In this document: piece by piece, positions 38,765 to 44,224 of the stretch
How positions within the stretch are numbered: position 1 is the stretch's first letter
Layout of the letters: each line of letters begins with the position of its first letter
DNA from: Fidelibacterota bacterium
GTDB lineage: Bacteria > Fidelibacterota > Marinisomatia > Marinisomatales > TCS56
Length of the DNA: 44,224 bases
Assembly: GCA_043822705.1 (NCBI GenBank)
Contig: JBDRBK010000154.1
Span: forward strand, 1-44,224
Direction: 5' to 3'
Notes under the pieces: model-generated
Database searches by the model: none
The model's input: only the letters and a program-made list of their open reading frames with translations
What the model was told of the DNA's origin: nothing
Translations under genes and position numbers: made by a program

Positions 38765-39550
38765 CTACTCCCGCTTCCATTCTTTAGGCGGGATAAATGA
38801 ATTTAATTTTTCGCGCACGATCAGGGGGTGTTTGCGCTGGTGGATCAGCCGGGCTGCTTCGATCAGCATCGACTGCAGTGAGCTGGTATGGGTGATCCGC
38901 TGCTGAAATTTCGCCGCCATCGGCAGGAAAAACAGGTTGGCGAATACAGCGCCGTAAAAAGTTGTAATCAATGCGGCCGACATACCAACGCCCAGCGCCT
39001 CGGTTCCGCCACCGCCTTCGCCGCCGAAACCGGCTAGCATGATCACCAGACCGATCAGCGTTCCGATCATACCCCAGGCCGGCGCCATTACGCCCATTGT
39101 TTTCAGCAGGTCGGCCTGACTTTTTTCACGGATTTCCCGGTACTCGATGCGGGTCTGTAAAATTTCCGTCATTTCTTCCAGGGAATAGCCATCGATTACC
39201 ATCTGGGCGCCGTCCCGGAAAAACGGATTCCTGATCGTCTCGAGCCCGGTTTCCAATTCCCGTACGCCTTTGCGGGCGATTTCGGAAACACGGACGGCTT
39301 CATCGACAAAGGGGGCCAGGCGGATCACACCGCCACGAAAAACCACGCTGATCGCCGTGGTCAGCTTGGCCAGATCGGGCATCGGAAAGGCCACCGATAA
39401 AGAAGCGATCATGCCGCCGAATACGATTAATAAGCTCGACATCGACACGAAGCCCATGATGCCGGCGCCGGCAGCCGTGGCGGCCACATAAATTCCACCA
39501 CCGATGGAACCAAGTCCGACGATCACTCCGATAATAGTTGCAATATCCAT
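38765..39550 (-). CDS. motA: Stator subunit MotA/PomA
   Basis: MDIATIIG, SLLIVFGG, ARKGVRELE, APAWGMIGTLIGLVIML, AALITTFYG..FANL.FLP.A.K. Confidence 0.93.
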   Translation of the reverse strand: MDIATIIGVIVGLGSIGGGIYVAATAAGAGIMGFVSMSSLLIVFGGMIASLSVAFPMPDLAKLTTAISVVFRGGVIRLAPFVDEAVRVSEIARKGVRELETGLETIRNPFFRDGAQMVIDGYSLEEMTEILQTRIEYREIREKSQADLLKTMGVMAPAWGMIGTLIGLVIMLAGFGGEGGGGTEALGVGMSAALITTFYGAVFANLFFLPMAAKFQQRITHTSSLQSMLIEAARLIHQRKHPLIVREKLNSFIPPKEWKRE

Positions 39551-39558
39551 ACTAAATC

Positions 39559-40935
39559 CTATTCATCAATGATACTGGTGGATTTCAGTCTGTTCTCGTG
39601 CAGTGCTTTCAGGATGTTGCGCACATCCTCGTATTCCGGATCCATTCGCAGGGCCAGGTTCCAGTTGATCGTGGCGCGTTGCACGTCCCCTAATTTATAG
39701 TAGATCGATCCGCGGCGGGCATAGGCCAAGGCCAGGTTGGGATTCAGTTCCAGGGCGGTTTCGACTTCCTGCAGAGCCTCCCGGTAGTCGCCGGCGTAAA
39801 AATAGCGCAGCGATCGGGACAGGTGCCGTAACGCCTCGTTCATGTTTTTTTCGATCACATTGCTGGAAAGTTTCAATGATTTCAGCGAATCTTCCAGATG
39901 CAGGCCGCGCTGTTCCATGGCCGACAACCGGACCATCAGGTTGCGCATCTCATTTTGTACCAGAGCCATGGAATCGCGCAGTGTCAGCACCGCGGCATCC
40001 GCCAGGGCCAGGGTCGAATCAACCTGTCCCGAAAGCGATTCATAGGGATCGGTTCCGGGCAGTTTCAATTTTCCGTTGATAGTTACCGGAGCACCGGTCT
40101 CGGTCACCGTTGGCGGCGTTTTCTGCCGGGCCCGTGGGACCGACATTTCCAGTCCGACGGTCACCCCGGGATGGCCGGCCCAGTAGGGTGTATCCCAATC
40201 CGGTAATTTTTCTATGTGGGTGAATCCTAGGTTCAGGCGATAATCCGAGGTAAGGGGGATGCGGAGTCCCACATTGATACCCGTTCCGTCGAATTCACCC
40301 ACAAGGTCCAAGCCCCCCCCCCGGCCCAGATAGGGGGTGTTAAGAACAAAACCGGCGAAGACGCCGGTGCGCGTTCCGGTGGCGGTGTCGGTTTCCACCG
40401 TATCAATCGTGGCCAGGCTGCCCGTACCGAAGCCCATATAAGTACTCATCCGGTACGAGCCGATATTCTTCTCGCTGCTGATAATACCGAAAAAAGAGAG
40501 TTTGTCGGGATCAAGCTGCAGACCACTGTCGTTCCCGGAATTCTGAAAAATTATATCCTGTAAACCGGCCGAGATGGAAATATCTTCGTAGGAATACAGC
40601 TTGAACTGCATGTGAAATCCGAATTCCACCGGAGCGGTGAAGGGCACGGTGCCGATCCGGCTGAGGGCAGTCGTGTCGGCCCCCTGCACGGAGCTGAAAC
40701 CCAGCAGAAAACTACGGCCCAGCTCAGCGTCGAAATAAACGCCCTTGGCCATATTCAGGTTGGTGAAATTGTGGATTTCGGTTCCGAATCCCGCCGTGAA
40801 CAGATTTTCGCTGCGCATCACCGTGCTGTAAGGAATTTTCATCATCGGGCCGGGCCGGGTGTAGGCCACCCGCGTACCGGCGATGGCATAACCGGTCAGC
40901 AACAGAACAAGGATTATTGACTGAGCTTTTTTCAT
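39559..40935 (-). CDS. Putative OM beta-barrel + coiled coil + C-terminal TPR protein
   Basis: Signal peptide, about 250 aa of amphipathic strands (e.g. EFDGTGINVGLRIPL...LNLGF), Pro/Thr linker, heptad region, TPRs (ALELNPNLALAYARRGSIYYKLG). Confidence 0.7.
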   Translation of the reverse strand: MKKAQSIILVLLLTGYAIAGTRVAYTRPGPMMKIPYSTVMRSENLFTAGFGTEIHNFTNLNMAKGVYFDAELGRSFLLGFSSVQGADTTALSRIGTVPFTAPVEFGFHMQFKLYSYEDISISAGLQDIIFQNSGNDSGLQLDPDKLSFFGIISSEKNIGSYRMSTYMGFGTGSLATIDTVETDTATGTRTGVFAGFVLNTPYLGRGGGLDLVGEFDGTGINVGLRIPLTSDYRLNLGFTHIEKLPDWDTPYWAGHPGVTVGLEMSVPRARQKTPPTVTETGAPVTINGKLKLPGTDPYESLSGQVDSTLALADAAVLTLRDSMALVQNEMRNLMVRLSAMEQRGLHLEDSLKSLKLSSNVIEKNMNEALRHLSRSLRYFYAGDYREALQEVETALELNPNLALAYARRGSIYYKLGDVQRATINWNLALRMDPEYEDVRNILKALHENRLKSTSIIDE

Positions 40936-41861
40936 GGTACCATTTCCGCTTTTTTAAGCTCCATTCGGGCCAGCTTGGCATATTCGCTGGCCGGGTGGTC
41001 GGACACCAGCTTCTCAAACCAGACCAGGGCCTGGTCTTCCCGCCCCAACTTGCGATATAACAGACCTTTCTGAATCAGGGCGTCGTCACGGCGTTCACTG
41101 TCGCCCAGAGCGATGACCCGGTCCAGAAGCACCAGGGCTTCGGTGTAATTAGTCAGGCGCAATTGTGAATCGGCCATCCAGTAGATCACATTGGCCTGGG
41201 TCCGCGGACTCACATCATCCAGCACTAGTTGCTGAAAATGCTCCAGGGTTTTGTTGAAATCTTCCCGTTGATAGGCAAAGACACCGGCCATATATTCGGA
41301 CTGGTCGAACTTCGGCACTGGCGGAGTGACAACCGGAGCAACCGGGGCCGGTTTTTGGGTGACGGCTTCCTGGGGTTGTTGCGGTGGCAGGTTCCGGGCG
41401 ATCGGTTCGGCCGGCGGTGGTGTTTCCTTAACTACCGGTTTTTCTGCCAGGACCGGTAGTTGCGAAACCGGGGCTGTATTCATCTCCGCCAGAATTTCGC
41501 GTAATTCCTCGTTCTCGCGACGCAGGCGATTCATCTCGGAATGGAATGATTTTTCCAGCGATGCGATCCGCAGATTGATGCGATCGAGGGTGCCCAACAT
41601 TTCCTTGGAAGTGGCCATATACACCGCGCCGCTCTTGATTTTATTGATCCGGAATTTTATATCGTCCGATGGCGCGGCCACCAGCCGGGAATACTGTTCG
41701 TTGCCGGTGACCGGCTCGATCACGATTCCCAGATCCAGAAAAAATATATCTGCCATGGATGTCTGCTCGGCGCTCTGGCCCGGCAGGACGACCAGACTAC
41801 AGGCAATGAAAAACAGTCCTACCAGCAGCCGGTTGGTGGCGGCCGGTGGTGACGGTTGCAT
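40932..41861 (-). CDS. Periplasmic coiled-coil/Pro-rich/TPR protein (CpoB/YbgF-like architecture)
   Basis: Signal peptide, coiled coil, Pro-rich linker, ANVIYWMADS, DDALIQKGL, LVSDHPASEYAKLA. Confidence 0.7.
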   Translation of the reverse strand: MQPSPPAATNRLLVGLFFIACSLVVLPGQSAEQTSMADIFFLDLGIVIEPVTGNEQYSRLVAAPSDDIKFRINKIKSGAVYMATSKEMLGTLDRINLRIASLEKSFHSEMNRLRRENEELREILAEMNTAPVSQLPVLAEKPVVKETPPPAEPIARNLPPQQPQEAVTQKPAPVAPVVTPPVPKFDQSEYMAGVFAYQREDFNKTLEHFQQLVLDDVSPRTQANVIYWMADSQLRLTNYTEALVLLDRVIALGDSERRDDALIQKGLLYRKLGREDQALVWFEKLVSDHPASEYAKLARMELKKAEMVP

Positions 41862-42985
41862 TATTCGTATTCCTCCCAGTCGATAACGTAGGAATAGCCG
41901 ATGAATGAACCGAATGAATGCGGCACATACAACTCGAAGCTCCCCACTGCACCCGGCAGCAGGGTGGCATCGGTAGTGATCCCGGAATCAAAAGTATGGA
42001 AGGCGCCCCGGATAAAAGTAGTCAGGGTCTTGGTTTCGCCGCTCCAGTTCTTGCGAAATACAAAGTCGACTTTGACAAAATCGGCCCGGCGGCCGCCGAT
42101 ATTCTTGATTTCGCCGGCGAATACAATATTGCCCTGCTTATCCTTGGTTTCGTTAATATTGCCGACCAGCACACAGTTAGCGGAATATTTCTTGCCGGCA
42201 TCGCGGTCGGCGGTACCAGCGGCGGTGTACTTGGGTTCGGCCAGTTTGGGCATCGGCGGCGGTGAATAGGAATCACGAATCTGCTCAGGCACATATTCCT
42301 GGGTTTCTTCCGAAACTACATTGTCGATAATACGAACAATCGTGCTGCGATCGATAACCAGATAACCCAGCAGCGTCTCGACTTTCAGGGTTTTTTCATC
42401 CTGGTACACGACTTTACCAAATACGGTACTGCCGTTTTTCAGAATTATTTCCTTGGAATAGATCGCCAGCGGGTTGACCCACATCTTGCTTTGAGCTTTC
42501 AGATTTTCCACCTCGGAATTGAGATGTTTAATCTCGGCCGCCATTTTCTTCAATTCAAAGCTGAGCTCGTTGATAATGTAATTCTGATCGGTCCCGCCGA
42601 CTGGTGTCGCACCGGTTGCCGGCACTTCGGCAGCGGTTACTTTCTGTGCCGCAACTTTGACAGCCAGGGTGATTTCCAGGTCCTTGATATTATCATTACC
42701 AACCGTGATGCGCTGATTGGCACTGCCCCGGCCGCCGCCATCAATCTTGATGGTATAGGCACCGGGCAGAACATCGTCGAACTCAAATTCTCCCCCTTTC
42801 CGGCGGCCTTTGCCGGTTTCGGCACGGCCGACCGCGGTCTCCTCGGCATTAAGCAGCAGGATTGGTGTTTCCTCTACTTTCTCACCTTTGGGATCGACCA
42901 CAACGCCGGAAATTGACACACCCTTAGCCCACAACACTGTGCTGAAAAGGGCGCACATGGCTGAATACAATAGGATTTTCTTCAT
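41861..42985 (-). CDS. Secreted protein: carboxypeptidase-regulatory-like domain, coiled coil, small beta domain, FxLYD-like C-terminal domain
   Basis: MKKILLY signal peptide, ISGVVVDPKGE...GEFEFDDVLPGAYTIKI, GEIKNIGGRRADFVKV...LLPGAVGSF. ATG at 42985. Confidence 0.7.
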   Translation of the reverse strand: MKKILLYSAMCALFSTVLWAKGVSISGVVVDPKGEKVEETPILLLNAEETAVGRAETGKGRRKGGEFEFDDVLPGAYTIKIDGGGRGSANQRITVGNDNIKDLEITLAVKVAAQKVTAAEVPATGATPVGGTDQNYIINELSFELKKMAAEIKHLNSEVENLKAQSKMWVNPLAIYSKEIILKNGSTVFGKVVYQDEKTLKVETLLGYLVIDRSTIVRIIDNVVSEETQEYVPEQIRDSYSPPPMPKLAEPKYTAAGTADRDAGKKYSANCVLVGNINETKDKQGNIVFAGEIKNIGGRRADFVKVDFVFRKNWSGETKTLTTFIRGAFHTFDSGITTDATLLPGAVGSFELYVPHSFGSFIGYSYVIDWEEYE

Positions 42986-43055
42986 AGTTTCCCCAGAAAC
43001 ATGATCATTTACCTCGGATTCGCAAGTCGTCGATGTTAGCGTACACCGACGAGCT

Positions 43056-43085
43056 AATATAACTGCGTGTAAAAACAAATGTCAA
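43056..43085 (-). promoter_or_regulatory. Sigma70-type promoter of the motor-like operon
   Basis: Minus strand TTGACA-N18-TATATT. Confidence 0.6.
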
Positions 43086-43092
43086 GAATTAA

Positions 43093-43117
43093 TCCGGGGT
43101 CTTTGCAAGACCCCGGA
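43093..43117 (-). terminator. Hairpin/likely terminator after the M32 peptidase
   Basis: TCCGGGGTCTT-TGC-AAGACCCCGGA, a perfect 11-bp stem. Confidence 0.65.
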
Positions 43118-43150
43118 CGACTATTTATACCTATAATTAAGGTTAAGCTA

Positions 43151-44224
43151 CTATAATGAATAGACTGCTTTATACTTGGTTTCAAGATAATCCATGAACG
43201 GTTCGGCTGACAGTTTTTCGCCGGTTATATCGACGATCAACTCGCCGGCGGTACGACGGCGGCCGACCCGATGTACCTTTTTGCGCAACCATTCCCGTAG
43301 CGGCAGGAGGTTGCCGGCGTCGATTTTTCCGTCCAGGCCGGCAATTTCCTTGCGAGCCTGATTCATCATCGGTGCATTGTACAGATTTCCCAGGGCATAG
43401 GTCGGGAAGTAACCAAAACCGCCGAAGGACCAGTGCACATCCTGCAGAACGCCGTTGGCGTCGGAATCGGGACGGATACCGAGGTATTCCTCCATCTTGT
43501 TATCCCACAGCCGGGGCAGCTCCGCGATCGGAAGGCGATCGTTGATGACCATGCGCTCAATTTCGAATCGCAGCATGATGTGCAGGTTGTAGGTGGCCTC
43601 ATCGGCATCGACCCGGATCAGCGTCGGGGCCACGGTGTTGATCGCCCGGTAAAAGCGCTCCAGTGAAACAGACCCCAGGTTTTCCGGGAAAAGCTTTTGC
43701 AGTTTCGGGTAGTAGTGGGACCAGAACGGCTGACTCAGGCCGACCAGGTTCTCCCACAACCGCGACTGGCTTTCGTGGATTCCATACGATACGGCATCAC
43801 AAAATGGTGTGCCGTACCAGTCCGTATCGAGGCCCTGTTCGTAGAGGGCGTGCCCGCCCTCGTGGATCGTACTGGACAGCGCCGAGGCCAGGTTGTTTTT
43901 ATTGAACCGGGTGGTAATCCGCACGTCGGTGGGGTGAAAGCTGGTGGTAAACGGATGGGCTGATTTGTCCTGGCGGCCACGTTTGAAGTCGTAGCCCATA
44001 TCCTTCAGCACTTCCACGCCGAAAGTCCATTGCCGGTCCACGGCATAATCCTTTTCCAGTAGCTGGCGCTCGGTGTCGACCGGCGATTCGGCAATTTTCC
44101 GCACCAGCGGTACCAGCCGCACCTTGACCGCCTCGAACAGCCGGGTCACTTCCGCCGAGGTCATTCCCGGTTCGAAATAATCCAGCAATGTGTCGTAGGG
44201 TGTGGTCTTGACCCCCAGATAATC
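43151..44224 (-). CDS. Carboxypeptidase M32 (Taq-type), 5'-truncated by window edge
   Basis: HPF, DVRITTR, IHEGGHALYEQ, HESQS, IRVDADE, GVLQDVHW, GYFPTYALG. Confidence 0.95.
   Translation of the reverse strand, partial: DYLGVKTTPYDTLLDYFEPGMTSAEVTRLFEAVKVRLVPLVRKIAESPVDTERQLLEKDYAVDRQWTFGVEVLKDMGYDFKRGRQDKSAHPFTTSFHPTDVRITTRFNKNNLASALSSTIHEGGHALYEQGLDTDWYGTPFCDAVSYGIHESQSRLWENLVGLSQPFWSHYYPKLQKLFPENLGSVSLERFYRAINTVAPTLIRVDADEATYNLHIMLRFEIERMVINDRLPIAELPRLWDNKMEEYLGIRPDSDANGVLQDVHWSFGGFGYFPTYALGNLYNAPMMNQARKEIAGLDGKIDAGNLLPLREWLRKKVHRVGRRRTAGELIVDITGEKLSAEPFMDYLETKYKAVYSL

Noticed and set aside
38018..39550. Zorya (ZorA/ZorB) defence system
   Set aside because: MotA is of normal length with no long ZorA tail, there are no zorC/D/E-like genes, and the neighbours are FliF- and FliG-like.
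35434..39550. Ordinary flagellar gene cluster
   Set aside because: No fliE/H/I/M/N, rod, hook or export genes are adjacent, FliF is truncated and FliG lacks EHPQ. It cannot be fully excluded without the rest of the genome.
42986..43078. TTG-start extension of the FxLYD protein
   Set aside because: It overlaps the predicted promoter; the signal peptide begins at ATG 42985.
1..44224. CRISPR arrays, tRNA/rRNA genes, IS elements, integrases
   Set aside because: By eye I saw no spaced direct repeats, RNA-gene signatures or transposase/recombinase ORFs. A covariance-model search was not possible.

Overview
Chromosomal window from a diderm bacterium (it carries lpxK, TonB/ExbBD and outer-membrane barrels). 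Gene content suggests an FCB-group organism such as Ca. Marinimicrobia, but this is inference only. From left to right: partial lpxK; two tandem paralogous giant FG-GAP/Ig surface proteins; an OM-barrel gene; an S41 protease; an exbB-exbD-exbD-tonB operon followed by a second tonB that is frameshifted and has its start codon in a hairpin; Wolinella-type frdCAB; clpB; a glutamate-cysteine-ligase/peptidase C26 pair; a sigma54 module (FG-GAP/ASPIC sensor kinase, NtrC-type regulator, and a -24/-12 promoter driving a lipoprotein and a FadL-like barrel); ppdK; an AT-rich frameshifted ATPase/TOPRIM-like (OLD-type) gene; tryptophanase; a seven-gene operon; partial M32 carboxypeptidase. The standout is the seven-gene operon (42985->35434). 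It has its own promoter and terminator and encodes a PomA/PomB-like stator, a truncated FliF (S-ring domain only), a FliG lacking the FliM-binding EHPQ motif, an OM-barrel/TPR protein, a CpoB-like TPR protein and an FxLYD protein. No rod, hook, export or switch genes are present in the window, so it is a candidate flagellum-independent trans-envelope rotary motor.
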